This document shows, piece after piece, positions 1 to 10,097 of a stretch of DNA of 64,000 nucleotides; position 1 is the first letter of the stretch, and every line of letters begins with the position of its first letter. The DNA is from Burkholderiales bacterium (GTDB lineage Bacteria; Pseudomonadota; Gammaproteobacteria; Burkholderiales; Usitatibacteraceae), in contig JANYDB010000012.1 of the NCBI GenBank assembly GCA_025359985.1, forward strand, positions 4,800 to 68,799, given 5' to 3'. Both the position numbers and the translations under genes were made by a program. The notes under the pieces are model-generated. The model was not told the origin of the DNA. It saw only the letters and a program-made list of their open reading frames with translations, and did not search any database.

Positions 1-130
1 ATTCCTGACTCGAGGCGGAGTGTTCTCCAACGACATGATTGATGCCTATATCGAACTTAAAATGCAGGAAGTCACCCGTTTCCGTATGACCACCCATCCT
101 GTTGAGTTCGATATGTATTACTCGTCTTGA
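1..130 (+). CDS. glnA: Glutamine synthetase type I, C-terminal fragment (5' end outside the window)
   Basis: Frame 2 reads ...[39 protein letters not shown] then TGA at 128-130, matching the conserved GSI C-terminus. A terminator follows, then ntrBC. Confidence 0.8.
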   Translation, partial: FLTRGGVFSNDMIDAYIELKMQEVTRFRMTTHPVEFDMYYSS

Positions 131-187
131 TCACTCTGTGCCAACAAAACATGTCCTCAATTAGTATGGTCTAAAAATCACATTTAA

Positions 188-219
188 GGGTAGGGCTCAG
201 CAGAGCCCTGCCCTTTTTA
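188..219 (+). terminator. Rho-independent terminator after glnA
   Basis: An 11-bp stem (gggtagggctc / gagccctgccc) with loop agca is followed by TTTTT at 214-218. Confidence 0.8.
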
Positions 220-376
220 TTGCCGATCTTGGCGATTGTATCTGTATGTACATCCAGCCTTCACCACCCCTAGTGACATCCGATGAAGGACACACAACCC
301 ATTGAGTTGAAAAAGAATTTTTCTGGGCGCATGCTTCAAGACCTACTTATCGTCGCGCACCAAAAGGATTCGACCG

Positions 377-1261
377 ATGAATCATTTCGGGAAAAAAGCC
401 ATTTTGACCACACTTTGTATATTGGGCATCGCATTTTTGCCGACCTGGGCTGTCGGCCAAACAACGCAAGCTATTTATAAGCACACCGATGTGCAAGGTC
501 GCATTACTTATTCAAATGCGCCGATTGTCGGGGGCGCTCGGGTTGAGCTTGATCCCATTACCTTAATCCCGGCTACGCCTTCGGGCTCACTCGTTAATCC
601 TAATTTACCCCGCCCCGTATTTGTGCCTGTATCTGCGGCCTTAGCCGCACCAGGCGCGGCCGTAAATAATATTGATGTGGCAGTGGCGGTTGAACCGGCC
701 GTTCTAAAGACCGCGTTAGTGCCCGCCCCCTTACCCGTACCATTATCGACCTCACCTTTAATTACATCGGCATCACCCGACACCCCCCGCGCAGCCGTTA
801 CGCCGCTGCCTGTAGCAGTGGTAAGGCCCGTGGCGGTCAGCATCAAACGGCTACTGCTGCCCGCAAATGCACAGCAACCCCTTGCGATGGATATTTTGAT
901 CCAGCAACGCCGTGATGAAATCAAGCTGCGCATGATGCAAAGTGCAGTCAACACTGAATCACAATTGCTTGCCGATGCAAAAGCAAAGCTCGCCGAAGAA
1001 AATGTCGCCAGTAAAGGTGTGCATGCGATAAAGGCTTCTTTTCATGCGGCGGCCCGAGCAGGCAAGACTGATAAATTGGCACTCGTACCGGTCATTTCTG
1101 CGGAAGAACGTGCCAAAGTGGAGCGTCACTTTGAACGGGTTCGCGATTTGCAAGACCAGATTTTGATGCATGAAAAAAATCTGGGTGATTTGCGTGCCGT
1201 CCTGAAAGACGAAACCAGCACGGTAAAAGTCGCCGCCGCCCCTATTCAGCTATCTCACTAA
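377..1261 (+). CDS. Secreted DUF4124-like protein with an Ala/Pro/Val-rich linker and a charged C-terminal helical region
   Basis: A signal-peptide-like N-terminus (MNHFGKKAILTTLCILGIAFLPTWAVG) is followed by YKHTDVQGRITYSNAP, which resembles the DUF4124 motif. The gene sits between glnA and ntrB. Confidence 0.6.
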   Translation: MNHFGKKAILTTLCILGIAFLPTWAVGQTTQAIYKHTDVQGRITYSNAPIVGGARVELDPITLIPATPSGSLVNPNLPRPVFVPVSAALAAPGAAVNNIDVAVAVEPAVLKTALVPAPLPVPLSTSPLITSASPDTPRAAVTPLPVAVVRPVAVSIKRLLLPANAQQPLAMDILIQQRRDEIKLRMMQSAVNTESQLLADAKAKLAEENVASKGVHAIKASFHAAARAGKTDKLALVPVISAEERAKVERHFERVRDLQDQILMHEKNLGDLRAVLKDETSTVKVAAAPIQLSH

Positions 1262-1304
1262 TTTTTCGAACTCCTTTCGATCATTCGTTTTGATCGAAAT
1301 TTTG

Positions 1305-1338
1305 ACGCCGGACGCGATGAGCCTCCGGCGTTTTTTTG
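1305..1338 (+). terminator. Rho-independent terminator after the DUF4124 gene
   Basis: An 8-bp stem (acgccgga / tccggcgt) with an 11-nt loop is followed by TTTTTTT at 1331-1337. Confidence 0.75.
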
Positions 1339-1454
1339 CGCGCCTATTATTGCTCTACTGCTGATGATGGTAGACGTTAGCAAGGCAGCGGCACGTTGCT
1401 ACAATTCAAATATCCCGCAACGAGTAAAACCTTCCCACTCTTTTGCATACAAGC

Positions 1455-1470
1455 TGGCAAGGAACTTGCT
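1455..1470 (+). promoter_or_regulatory. Candidate sigma-54 (-24/-12) promoter ahead of ntrB
   Basis: TGGCAAGGAACTTGCT has GG (1456-1457) and GC (1468-1469) at the canonical spacing of TGGCAC-N5-TTGC. It lies 28 nt upstream of the in-frame GTG at 1498. About 0.5 such matches are expected by chance in 64 kb on both strands. Confidence 0.3.
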
Positions 1471-1497
1471 GATGTATTTAAAAACAACTTTATTATC

Positions 1498-2598
1498 GTG
1501 AAATCAAACTCTGCTCTACATGCTTATACCGGTCTCGAATTGCTATCGACAGCTATTCTGATTTTGGATTGTCATCTTGCTGTTACCTATGCGAACCCTG
1601 CGGCTGAAAATTTGTTCGCCTTCAGCTTGAAGAGCGTGGTCGGCCATCCTCTGCAAAAATGCCTGCCGGGCAATATCTCGCTCTATGCGATGCTGGATCA
1701 GGTGCGAAAAAACAATGCGGGCTTCAATGAAAATGAGCTCGCGCTTGATTTACCTGGCCTTGGTCGCCCGGCGCTGCATCTTGCCTGCATTGCGAGCCCG
1801 GCAGAAGGCGGGCATGTGGTGCTGGAGTGCCATCCATTGGATCAGCAAATCAAGATTGCGCGAGAAGAAAAAATTTTGGAACACCAGCAATTAAACCGCG
1901 AACTGATTCGCAATTTAGCGCATGAAATTAAAAACCCACTCGGCGGTATTCGCGGGTCAGCACAATTGCTGGAACGTGAATTGCGGGATGTCGGCCACCA
2001 TGCATTAAATGATTTGCGCGAATATACCCAGGTCATTGTCAAAGAGGCCGACCGCTTGCAAGCGCTGATGGATCGCCTGCTCACGCCGCACCGTCGTCCC
2101 AAAATGGGCCATATCAATATTCACGAAGTGCTGGAGCGGGTGCGCACATTGGTACTTGCAGAATTCCCCGACGATATTCGGGTGCAACGTGATTACGACA
2201 CCAGTCTGCCCGAGCTCTACGGCGATCTGGAGCCGCTAATTCAGGCGCTGCTAAATGTCGCCCGCAACGCCGCACAGGCGATGAGTGGAGCCGGTGAAAT
2301 TCGGCTCGTCACCCGTATCGCGCGTCAGGTCACGCTGGCGAAACAACGCTATCGGCACGCGATCATGATTCATGTGGTTGATAACGGGCCCGGCGTAGCC
2401 GAGGGCCTGCGCGACAAGGTATTTTATCCACTGGTGTCAGGCCGCGAAGGCGGCACCGGCCTGGGACTTTCACTTGCACAAAATTTCATAAATCAGCATC
2501 AAGGCATTATCGAATTCGATAGCGTGCCGGGCAAAACCTGTTTCACCATCCTATTGCCCGTCATTGATTGCGCAAGCACCTTGCGAGCAGGTAAATGA
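1498..2598 (+). CDS. ntrB: Nitrogen regulation sensor histidine kinase NtrB
   Basis: It has a PAS-like N-terminus (LELLSTAILILD...YANPAAENLF), the H-box HEIKNPLGGIRGSAQLL, and ATP-binding boxes (VDNGPGV, GGTGLGLS). It lies between glnA and ntrC. The ORF track starts at TTG 1396, but I prefer GTG 1498 (about 366 aa); the start is uncertain. Confidence 0.85.
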   Translation: MKSNSALHAYTGLELLSTAILILDCHLAVTYANPAAENLFAFSLKSVVGHPLQKCLPGNISLYAMLDQVRKNNAGFNENELALDLPGLGRPALHLACIASPAEGGHVVLECHPLDQQIKIAREEKILEHQQLNRELIRNLAHEIKNPLGGIRGSAQLLERELRDVGHHALNDLREYTQVIVKEADRLQALMDRLLTPHRRPKMGHINIHEVLERVRTLVLAEFPDDIRVQRDYDTSLPELYGDLEPLIQALLNVARNAAQAMSGAGEIRLVTRIARQVTLAKQRYRHAIMIHVVDNGPGVAEGLRDKVFYPLVSGREGGTGLGLSLAQNFINQHQGIIEFDSVPGKTCFTILLPVIDCASTLRAGK

Positions 2599-2676
2599 AC
2601 CGCGCCAATTTATTTTTTGCACCTCATTTTGCATATTTTTATGGCGACCGCTGATTAAATTTTGTTGAAAGAAACC

Positions 2677-4092
2677 ATGAAACCAGTATGGATTATTGAT
2701 GATGATAAAAGCATCCGTTGGGTGATTGAAAAAGCGTTGTCACGCGAAGGCATTACCTATAAATCATTCGTCTCCGCGCAAGACGGCATGGACACGCTTG
2801 ATGTTAAAAATCCTACCAGCACACCACAGGTTGTGATCAGTGATATCCGCATGCCGGGCGCGTCGGGTCTTGATTTTATGAAGACGCTGAAAGCCAAACT
2901 GCCGGCGACGCCAATCATTATCATGACGGCTTATTCAGACCTGGAGAGTGCGGTGGCGGCATTTCAAGGTGGCGCTTATGAGTATCTGCCGAAACCATTC
3001 GATGTAGATCATGCGGTCGAGCTAATTCGTCGCGCGCTGGAAGAAAGTTTGCGCGAAGCACCACAAGCCGAGATCACCACTACCGCGCCTGAAATTTTAG
3101 GCTCTGCCCCTACCATGCAGGAAGTTTTTCGCGCTATTGGCAGGCTCTCACAATCGCACGCCACCGTGATGATCACCGGCGAATCGGGCTCGGGTAAGGA
3201 GTTGGTCGCGCGCGCATTGCATCGCCACAGCCCTCGCTCGACCAAACCTTTTATTGCCATCAATACCGCGGCGATACCCAAGGATTTATTGGAGAGTGAA
3301 TTATTTGGTCATGAGCGTGGTGCATTTACCGGTGCGGCCAGCATGCGACGCGGTCGCTTTGAGCAAGCCGAAAATGGCACCTTGTTTCTGGATGAAATTG
3401 GCGATATGCCCGCAGAATTACAGACCCGATTACTGCGCGTATTATCCGACGGACAATTTTATAAGGTCGGCGGCCACACCCCGATGACCGCTAATGTGCG
3501 GGTCATTGCCGCCACCCATCAGGATCTGGAAGCGCGTGTCAAACAAGGATTATTCCGCGAAGATTTATTTCATCGGCTCAATGTGATTCGTCTGCGTCTG
3601 CCTTCACTGCGTGAACGCCGCGACGACATTCCATTATTGATTAAACATTTTCTGGCCAAAAGCGCGCATGAATTGCATGTCGATTCCAAGCGTCTCTCTC
3701 AAAACACGCTTAATTTTTTATCGCAACAGGATTTTCCCGGCAATGTGCGGCAGCTTGAAAATCTCTGCCATTGGATCACCGTCATGGCACCGAGCCAATT
3801 AGTCGAGATCAGCGATTTACCGCCGGATGTGCGTGGTGATAAATCCATTATGGCGGTGGACGGCGATTGGAAGCGCGCATTGGAGCGTGAGGTTACAGCG
3901 TCGTTAGGCCGTGGCGAAAAAGAAATTTACGACGTCTTAAATCGCCATTTTGAATCCGCGTTAATTGTGAAAGCACTTGAACATACGGGCGGACGCCGGA
4001 TTGAAGCCGCAATCCTCCTGGGGATTGGGCGCAATACATTGACGCGCAAAATTGCTGAACTAAATTTGGATAGGAGCGGCAAAGAAGAGTGA
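2677..4092 (+). CDS. ntrC: Sigma-54-dependent nitrogen response regulator NtrC
   Basis: It has a receiver domain, an AAA+ domain with Walker A GESGSGKE and an intact GAFTGA loop, and a C-terminal Fis-type HTH. I prefer ATG 2677 ([10 protein letters not shown]) over TTG 2662. Confidence 0.9.
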   Translation: MKPVWIIDDDKSIRWVIEKALSREGITYKSFVSAQDGMDTLDVKNPTSTPQVVISDIRMPGASGLDFMKTLKAKLPATPIIIMTAYSDLESAVAAFQGGAYEYLPKPFDVDHAVELIRRALEESLREAPQAEITTTAPEILGSAPTMQEVFRAIGRLSQSHATVMITGESGSGKELVARALHRHSPRSTKPFIAINTAAIPKDLLESELFGHERGAFTGAASMRRGRFEQAENGTLFLDEIGDMPAELQTRLLRVLSDGQFYKVGGHTPMTANVRVIAATHQDLEARVKQGLFREDLFHRLNVIRLRLPSLRERRDDIPLLIKHFLAKSAHELHVDSKRLSQNTLNFLSQQDFPGNVRQLENLCHWITVMAPSQLVEISDLPPDVRGDKSIMAVDGDWKRALEREVTASLGRGEKEIYDVLNRHFESALIVKALEHTGGRRIEAAILLGIGRNTLTRKIAELNLDRSGKEE

Positions 4093-4202
4093 CCGCCTGT
4101 GGAACAAGCAAAACATTATTGTAAACGAGGCAGTAGGAGTATTTATGCGCATGAAAGCACGTCAATGCCAGGGTTTCGTTCGGACTACAGCCGTGATCAA
4201 AA

Positions 4203-5009
4203 TCAGATTCTTTCGGTCTCCGACTGACCCGGCCGCCAACGCAGCAGCCGATTTTCTGCAAAAGTCACGACGTAATCGAGCAGCAATGCAAACACGGTCA
4301 GCACCAAAATACCGGCGAACACGGTATTGATATCGAACGTTCCTTCTGCCTGATGGATAAGATAGCCGACGCCTTTTGCGCTGCCCAAATATTCGCCCAC
4401 TACCGCGCCCACAAATGCCATCCCGACCGAAGTATGCAGACTGGAAAATACCCAGGACGTCGCTGAGGGCAAATACACATAGCGTAGCAATTGTGCTTTC
4501 GAAGCCCCCAGCATCCGGGCATTATTGAGCACTACAGGCGATACTTCTTTCACCCCTTGATACACATTGAAGAAGACGATGAAAAAAACCAGCGTAACGC
4601 CTAGGGCCACCTTCGACCAGATACCGAGCCCGAACCACACCATGAAGATCGGTGCCAAAATTACGCGAGGCATGGCATTGGCGGCTTTGATGTAAGGATC
4701 AGCAATCGCCGAAGCCAGCGGCGCCAGCCCAAGCCATAAGCCCACACCCAGCCCACACAAGGTACCAATCACAAAGGCAAGCACAGTTTCTTGCAGCGTC
4801 ACCCACAGGTGCGGATAAATTTCACCGTCAACAAACCAGATCCAGATCGCTGTGAAAATTCGCAGTGGCTCGCCAAAGAAAAAAGCCGCTTTATCGTTGT
4901 TATCAAAAAAGAAATTCGGCGCTAGGCCAGGCACGGTGAGGATATGCCATGCCGCAAAGAGCGCGACAAGCAGCAGAATTTGCCAGATCCACAGTGGTAT
5001 TTTTTTCAT
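4203..5009 (-). CDS. ABC transporter permease, NitT/TauT (TauC/SsuC-like) family
   Basis: This polytopic membrane protein has the binding-protein-dependent transport signature region (MLGASKAQLLRYVYLPSA). It is last in an SBP-ATPase-permease array. Confidence 0.85.
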   Translation of the reverse strand: MKKIPLWIWQILLLVALFAAWHILTVPGLAPNFFFDNNDKAAFFFGEPLRIFTAIWIWFVDGEIYPHLWVTLQETVLAFVIGTLCGLGVGLWLGLAPLASAIADPYIKAANAMPRVILAPIFMVWFGLGIWSKVALGVTLVFFIVFFNVYQGVKEVSPVVLNNARMLGASKAQLLRYVYLPSATSWVFSSLHTSVGMAFVGAVVGEYLGSAKGVGYLIHQAEGTFDINTVFAGILVLTVFALLLDYVVTFAENRLLRWRPGQSETERI

Positions 5010-5016
5010 GCGCTTT

Positions 5017-5913
5017 TTACGCCACCAACTTGTTGCGGGTCTGCTGATATCCCTTCAGCACTTCTTGTTTCATCGCGCTCCAGATTTGCTCATGCAGTTC
5101 CAGAAATCGCGGCGTCATGCGAATCTCGGCCACATCACGCGGACGCGGCAGGTCAATTATGAATTCACCGATCGGGTGTGTTGCCGGGCCAGCAGATAAG
5201 ACGATGACGCGATCAGACAACGAAATTGCCTCTTCCAAATCATGCGTGATAAACAGGACAGATTTCTTATCAGTCTCCCACAGGGCAAGTAATTCATTTT
5301 CCATTAACTGCCGGGTTTGCACATCGAGCGCCGAAAATGGCTCATCCATCAACATTATTTTGGGATCAAGGATCAGCATCTGCGCGAGTGCTACGCGTTT
5401 GCGCATGCCCCCCGAAAGTTGGTGAGGATAGCGCGCGCCAAAACCGGCAAGGCCAACGCGTTCAAGCCATTCTTCTGCGCGTTTAATCGCGTCCATACGC
5501 GCTATGCCGCGAAACTGCAAACCCGCCATCACGTTATCCCGCGCAGATCGCCAGGGCATCAACGATTCGGCCTGGAACATATAACCGGCACGGGTATTGA
5601 TACCGGATAGCGGCTCGCCCAATACTGTCACCTCACCCGCTGAAGCACGCAACAATCCCGCCGCGATATTGAGCAAGGTAGATTTGCCGCAGCCGGTGGG
5701 GCCGACCACGGAAACAAACTCGCCATCGGCAATATCCAGCGTGGTATCTTTTACCGCTGTATAGCTTGCGTTGCCGGATTTAGCCGCAAATGTCACCGTA
5801 AGATTACGCAATGACATCGCAGTGCGATGCATGGTGTTGTGCGGCGGATTGTGTAGCGGGTTGGACACAACGTTAGACACGGTTTTATGCATAGCTTTAT
5901 GATCAACGCTCAC
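5017..5913 (-). CDS. ABC transporter ATP-binding protein (TauB/SsuB-like)
   Basis: It has Walker A GPTGCGKS, signature LSGGMRKR and Walker B LLMDEPF. About 32 aa at the N-terminus (His/Asn/Pro-rich) precede MSLRNLTVTF, so the true start may be near 5817. Confidence 0.85.
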   Translation of the reverse strand: MSVDHKAMHKTVSNVVSNPLHNPPHNTMHRTAMSLRNLTVTFAAKSGNASYTAVKDTTLDIADGEFVSVVGPTGCGKSTLLNIAAGLLRASAGEVTVLGEPLSGINTRAGYMFQAESLMPWRSARDNVMAGLQFRGIARMDAIKRAEEWLERVGLAGFGARYPHQLSGGMRKRVALAQMLILDPKIMLMDEPFSALDVQTRQLMENELLALWETDKKSVLFITHDLEEAISLSDRVIVLSAGPATHPIGEFIIDLPRPRDVAEIRMTPRFLELHEQIWSAMKQEVLKGYQQTRNKLVA

Positions 5914-7019
5914 TTATATTTCGCATCCGCTTTCAGCACAAAACGATTATCAAAGGTGGCATCAAGCTTGATGCTGTCGCCTGCGGCCATCACCGATGGC
6001 TCGAACTGCTTCAGAACTTTGTAAACATTTAGCGCTGCCTTCATGGTCATCTGGCCATCGGTGGAATAGCCGATCATGTTCTTGAGCAGCGCTTGCTTAT
6101 ATAGCGAGCGGTTGGCCGATATATACGCTTCGGGCAACACCGCCATTACTTGCTCTGGCGTGGCTTTGGCAAGCCAGCGCAGCGCACGCACCATCGCATT
6201 GACGACAGCTTGCGTGGTGTGAGGATTTTTCTTGATGAATTCATCGCTGGCGTAAATACAGGACGCCAGATAATCACCGCCATATAAATCTTTCATGCCG
6301 CGCTCGGTACGACTGTCAGCAACCGCGATGTATTTGCCGCTGGCCTCAAGCTGGCTGGTGACGGGATCAAGATTCGCCATCGCATCAATTTCACCCTTCT
6401 CCATCGCCGCCACCGCGCCGGCGCCTGCACCCGTGCCCACGATCGAAACATCTGAGGGTTTCAGGCCCTCTTTCGCCAGCAAATTATTGACAAACATATT
6501 GGTCGATGAGCCTGGTGCAGTAACGCCGATTTTTAGGCCTTTCAAATCTTTAGCTGATTTGTACTTTGCGGCTTTCTCTTTAGTCATTACCAGAGCAATG
6601 GAAGAGAAATTCGCCTGTAACACGACCGCCTTGATGTGCTGTTTTTTGGCCTGCATATTAATCGTATGCTCATACGCACCCGATACCAGATCTGCACTGC
6701 CACCTACCAGTGCCTGCAGCGCTTTGGCCCCGCCGGCAAAGTCAGGAATTTCAACCTCCAGCCCTTCATCTTTGAAGTAACCCTGACGCTCGGCGATGGT
6801 CAATGGCAAATAATAAAAAAGGTTCTTACCGCCGACCGCGATAGTGATTTTTTTCTTTTCTAGCGGTTGCGCAGTAGCGCTACTGGTGGCCAACGCAAAC
6901 AATGTTCCCAGCGCGATGGGAGTAATCAGGTCAAAAGAAACAAAACGAATAAAAGCGGCAAGCGCAGTAATGCCCTTAATTATTTTTCCAAACATGATGC
7001 CTCCGGTATATTTAAGCAA
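5910..7019 (-). CDS. ABC transporter periplasmic substrate-binding protein, NMT1/THI5-like (TauA/SsuA-like)
   Basis: It has a signal peptide and an NMT1/SsuA-like fold pattern (KITIAVGG..., GVTAPGSSTN). It overlaps the ATPase gene by 4 bp. Confidence 0.75.
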   Translation of the reverse strand: MLKYTGGIMFGKIIKGITALAAFIRFVSFDLITPIALGTLFALATSSATAQPLEKKKITIAVGGKNLFYYLPLTIAERQGYFKDEGLEVEIPDFAGGAKALQALVGGSADLVSGAYEHTINMQAKKQHIKAVVLQANFSSIALVMTKEKAAKYKSAKDLKGLKIGVTAPGSSTNMFVNNLLAKEGLKPSDVSIVGTGAGAGAVAAMEKGEIDAMANLDPVTSQLEASGKYIAVADSRTERGMKDLYGGDYLASCIYASDEFIKKNPHTTQAVVNAMVRALRWLAKATPEQVMAVLPEAYISANRSLYKQALLKNMIGYSTDGQMTMKAALNVYKVLKQFEPSVMAAGDSIKLDATFDNRFVLKADAKYK

Positions 7020-7040
7020 ATACGGCCAGCATAGAGCTGA

Positions 7041-7868
7041 CTAAAACCTGAGTCCAATTTTTCCTGAAATAGAGCTAACGCTGCCTAGTTTTTCGGCCTC
7101 TAGCGCAAAATTGGTGGTTAGAAAATTCATGTTTACGCCAACAAACACGCGGGAATCGGTCGCGCTTACATTCTGGAGCAAGCCCACCTTAGGTGCGCTG
7201 GCGATGCGTACACTGCCGATGCCGATATAAGGCGTGATGAACGTAAGCTTTTTGGAAACCATCGCATCTACGGCCACAGTAGATAAATTAACCTGCGAAA
7301 TACCCGTGGTCTTGCTGCCGGATAAACGCAGCGCAACCGAAGGTGTGGTTAAGCCATCTTCCATAATTTGATATCGCACCTCAGCGCCAATCAGTGAAGC
7401 GTCCAGACCAGAAATACGGCTCACAAATGCGCCAGTATCAAAGCCAGCGGGCAAGCCCTTGTGGATATGCAGCTTCGGAATAAATAAATTCGATGTGTCG
7501 CCCCCGCCCGCTCGTTTCAGTATGCTTGAGTTTTCTATTTTTGATTCGGTAAGCTCAATGCCCACATCAAAACCGGTAATACCCAATCCATTGCCCGGCG
7601 TCACCCCACGGTAGGCGGCCGCTGCCCCGATATCTTTTGATAGTCTGGAAAATTGATTTTGCGACAGGGTTGATAAATTATCAAGTCCGCCCGCATTTGC
7701 GCTAATGCAGGCAAATGCCGCCAGCGTACCGAGGATGCCAACCCGACCCGTCGCGATGCCTGCGCTGATCCATTTTTGGTCAAGAAAATTATTCACGATA
7801 ATGTTCTTCAAATTATGCACTCCCCATAATGCTTGCGCACGAATGTTTAAAAAAATCAAATCGCCCAT
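7041..7868 (-). CDS. Putative small outer-membrane beta-barrel protein
   Basis: It has a signal peptide (...GILGTLAAFACISANA), alternating amphipathic strands and a C-terminal ...GKIGLRF with terminal Phe. The probable start is internal (TTG near 7811, after a GGGGAG Shine-Dalgarno-like sequence). I did not recognise the family. Confidence 0.55.
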   Translation of the reverse strand: MGDLIFLNIRAQALWGVHNLKNIIVNNFLDQKWISAGIATGRVGILGTLAAFACISANAGGLDNLSTLSQNQFSRLSKDIGAAAAYRGVTPGNGLGITGFDVGIELTESKIENSSILKRAGGGDTSNLFIPKLHIHKGLPAGFDTGAFVSRISGLDASLIGAEVRYQIMEDGLTTPSVALRLSGSKTTGISQVNLSTVAVDAMVSKKLTFITPYIGIGSVRIASAPKVGLLQNVSATDSRVFVGVNMNFLTTNFALEAEKLGSVSSISGKIGLRF

Positions 7869-7890
7869 TTCATTTCAGCCCACACGAAAT

Positions 7891-8853
7891 CTAAGCCGTG
7901 TAAAGCTTTTCGGGGACGGAATGCAAGTGCATGGTCTTGCCCGCCTTCATAACCTGGCCCGGCACTTCATGACCAACGATGAGAGGAATTTTTATCGCGG
8001 CGGCCAAAAGTTTGTCGAGGTCTATACCCGTATCAAAACCCATATCCTGCAGCATATTTACCAAATCTTCGGTGCTGATATTGCCGGTGGCGCCCGGTGC
8101 AAACGGACAGCCGCCGAGACCTGCAATCGAGGCGTCATAGTGCGTCACACCAGCCGTAATACCGGCCACCACATTCGCCAAACCCATACCGCGCGTATTG
8201 TGGAAATGCAGTGTAACTTCTGTTTGCGGGAAACGCTGCATGGCCGCACGCATCATGCGCTCAACCTGACGCGGATTGGCCATACCGGTGGTGTCTGCAA
8301 AGGTGACACCGTCAAAACCCAACTCGATATACCGGGCAGCAAAATCCAGAACCCGAGCCTCAGGCACTGCCCCTTCAAACGGACAGCCAAATGAGGTTGA
8401 TACACAACCATTTAGTTTGATACCCGCTGCTTTTGCCATCGGCACCATGACTGCGAAATCTTCCAGCGATTGTGCGGTGGTGCGTTTTACATTGGCCATG
8501 TTGTGGGTTTCGGATGCAGACATAAAAAGATTCATCTCATCAATTTTTGCGCCTGACTGATGACAAGTTACCGCTCGTTGCATGCCACGAATATTAGGCG
8601 TGAGCGCGGTATAGATTACATCTGCGTTGCGCTCGATATTAGCGAGCACGGCTTCTGCATCCGCCATATTGGGTACGAATGTGGGATGCACAAACGAGGT
8701 AACTTCTATTTTAACCAAGCCGGTACGAGATAGCTGATCGATGAATGCAACTTTGGTTTCGGTCGGGATAAATGTTTTCTCAATTTGAAAACCGTCGCGC
8801 ACGCCTACCTCATTAATATAAATGCGTTGTCCTACTATTGACTGGCTCATCAA
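7891..8853 (-). CDS. HMG-CoA lyase-like (HMGL/pyruvate carboxyltransferase fold) acyl-CoA lyase
   Basis: It has EVGVRDGFQ at the N-terminus, the HFHNTRGMGLAN metal-site motif and GGCPFAPGATGN, as in hydroxymethylglutaryl-CoA lyases. Confidence 0.8.
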   Translation of the reverse strand: MMSQSIVGQRIYINEVGVRDGFQIEKTFIPTETKVAFIDQLSRTGLVKIEVTSFVHPTFVPNMADAEAVLANIERNADVIYTALTPNIRGMQRAVTCHQSGAKIDEMNLFMSASETHNMANVKRTTAQSLEDFAVMVPMAKAAGIKLNGCVSTSFGCPFEGAVPEARVLDFAARYIELGFDGVTFADTTGMANPRQVERMMRAAMQRFPQTEVTLHFHNTRGMGLANVVAGITAGVTHYDASIAGLGGCPFAPGATGNISTEDLVNMLQDMGFDTGIDLDKLLAAAIKIPLIVGHEVPGQVMKAGKTMHLHSVPEKLYTA

Positions 8854-10097
8854 ATAATTCCTCGTGTTTTAAGTTCGGCCTGCGCCACTTTGTCGTAACC
8901 CAAGCCTTGCAAAACTTCGGCTGTGTGTTCGCCCAGCTTGGGCCCTATCCATCGAGTTTTGCCCGGCGTCGCAGACAGCTTTGGCACAATACCGGGCAAC
9001 AACAATTCATTATCGCCTAGCTGATGCTTTTCGATCATCGCCCGCGCCTGAAATTGCAGGTCTTTCACAATATCAGCAATGGAAAAAATTCGTCCCGCGG
9101 GCACATCCGCTTTTCCCAACACAGCAAGCGCTGCATCTAACGTGTTTGCAGCGGTCCATGTGCCGATAGCCTCATCAAGCTCGTGCGTGCGCGCGGTTCG
9201 GCCTGCATTATTAGCAAGCATCGGATCGTTCGCCAAATCTGCGCGGTCAATGGCATTCATCATACGTTTGAAAATCGAATCTCCGTTCGCGCCGATAACA
9301 ATATATTGTCCATCGCCGCACCGATACGTATTCGACGGCACAATGCCGGGCAATGAGGCGCCAGTGCGCTCGCGCACAAAACCGGTCATGCCATACTCCG
9401 GCAACATCGATTCCATCATGGAAAAAACGGCTTCATACAGCGCGACATCAACCATCTGCCCGCGTCCTGTTTGGTGGCGATGATGTAGCGCCATCAAGGC
9501 GCCCATTACGCCATACATAGCCGCCAACGAATCGCCAATCGAAATGCCCACCCGCACCGGGGCGCGATCCGCGTAGCCAGTGATGTAGCGCATACCGCCC
9601 ATTGATTCACCAATCGCACCAAAACCAACGCGGTCTTTATACGGTCCTGTCTGGCCAAAGCCGGAGAGCCGCACCATAATGAGCCCGGGATTTTCGACGC
9701 TCAGCTGTTCATAGCCCAGATTCCATTTTTCCATTGTGCCCGGGCGAAAATTTTCGACGAGGATATCGGCGCCGACGATAAGCTTGCGCGCAATTTCCTG
9801 GCCTTCTTTTTCGCGCAAATTTAGCGTGACTGATTTTTTATTACGTGCCTGTACATACCACCAGAGCGAGGTTTTTTCATTACCGTCATCATGTAATTTT
9901 CGCCAGGTTCTCAACGGATCGCCGCCATGACCGGACTCGTCGGCGGGCGTCTCGATTTTGATCACTTCCGCGCCGAACTCTGCCAACAAGCGACCGCAAA
10001 ACGGGCCTGCAATCAGGCTGCCCATTTCAATTACTTTCAATCCTGCCAACGGGCCCGCTGACGCGGTCTTTTCTGTACCGTTTGATGCTGCGCTCAT
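8850..10097 (-). CDS. Family III CoA-transferase (CaiB/BaiF type)
   Basis: It has the N-terminal motif GPLAGLKVIEMGSLIAGPFCGRLLAEFGAEVIKIE and ENFRPG, both typical of CaiB/BaiF transferases. It overlaps both neighbouring genes by 4 bp. Confidence 0.85.
   Translation of the reverse strand: MSAASNGTEKTASAGPLAGLKVIEMGSLIAGPFCGRLLAEFGAEVIKIETPADESGHGGDPLRTWRKLHDDGNEKTSLWWYVQARNKKSVTLNLREKEGQEIARKLIVGADILVENFRPGTMEKWNLGYEQLSVENPGLIMVRLSGFGQTGPYKDRVGFGAIGESMGGMRYITGYADRAPVRVGISIGDSLAAMYGVMGALMALHHRHQTGRGQMVDVALYEAVFSMMESMLPEYGMTGFVRERTGASLPGIVPSNTYRCGDGQYIVIGANGDSIFKRMMNAIDRADLANDPMLANNAGRTARTHELDEAIGTWTAANTLDAALAVLGKADVPAGRIFSIADIVKDLQFQARAMIEKHQLGDNELLLPGIVPKLSATPGKTRWIGPKLGEHTAEVLQGLGYDKVAQAELKTRGII

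Noticed and set aside
2617-2633. There is a sigma-54-like element, ttgcacctcattttgca, between ntrB and ntrC.
   Set aside because: The -24 GG is TG, and the GC of the -12 element is one nucleotide out of register. This is more likely just AT-rich spacer sequence.
7020-7040. I considered a TPP riboswitch or other leader in front of the NMT1/THI5-like binding protein, on a ThiXYZ-type analogy.
   Set aside because: Only 21 bp separate it from the upstream OMP gene, which leaves no room for a riboswitch. The thiamine-precursor idea is therefore unsupported.
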